A stretch of DNA of 64,000 nucleotides. Origin: Adineta vaga. Taxonomy: Eukaryota > Animalia > Rotifera. Numbering within the stretch: position 1 is the stretch's first letter; every line of letters begins with the position of its first letter. Both the position numbers and the translations under genes were made by a program. The DNA lies in the NCBI GenBank assembly GCA_021613535.1, contig CP075492.1:12276001-12340000 (forward strand), in the 5' to 3' direction. Below are positions 63,771 through 64,000 of this stretch, piece after piece. Under the pieces are notes generated by a model. It saw only the letters and a program-made list of their open reading frames with translations. It was not told the origin of the DNA and did not search any database.

Positions 63771-64000
63771 TACTCTAAAATTATCAAGAAAAAGAATGAA
63801 TTATTTTCTGAAAATAGATCTTAGTTTTTTTTTGTTCGTTAATGTGTTTGCATGTTAAGAATTCATTTTCAATGATTATATTTTGAAATAAAGAACAAGT
63901 TAATATTCATATTCATATTATTATTATTATTGAAGATTCTCTTATTGATCTTACCGAAACAATGAAAAATATTATAAATGACAATAGTTCAAGAATCATC

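Noticed and set aside
1-64000. CRISPR arrays, tRNA/rRNA genes, intact transposons, bacterial contamination
   Set aside because: None seen by eye. The foreign-type genes share host base composition and are flanked by, or contain, spliceosomal introns.

Overview
AT-rich, gene-dense eukaryotic genomic DNA with many ~50-nt GT-AG introns. Conserved metazoan genes (intermediate filament, neuropeptide GPCR, CFAP77, DCP1, TGF-beta type II receptor, ATP13A1, WRAP53/TCAB1, GON4L-like, SUMO, ACSF2, synapsin) are interspersed with genes that look non-metazoan: a fungal-type GILT, a cellular RdRP, a Bacillus-type alanine racemase pseudogene, a YbaY/YscW-like gene, a bacterial-type M13 peptidase and a proteobacterial-type allantoicase. 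This combination strongly suggests a bdelloid rotifer (inference). About 29 protein-coding loci were reconstructed by eye, and coordinates give whole spliced-gene spans. The most interesting region is 35.6-44.3 kb. It holds (i) an unannotated ~480-nt highly structured plus-strand RNA candidate just upstream of ATP13A1, with telomerase-RNA-like and RNase P/MRP-like features; (ii) six box C/D snoRNA-like elements occupying every ATP13A1 intron longer than 100 nt (two SNORD32/snR40-type, two SNORD52/snR78-type, two unassigned); (iii) a bacterial-type YbaY/YscW gene nested antisense between two of these snoRNAs; and (iv) the Cajal-body/telomerase factor WRAP53 directly downstream. All family assignments rest on recalled motifs, not database searches.
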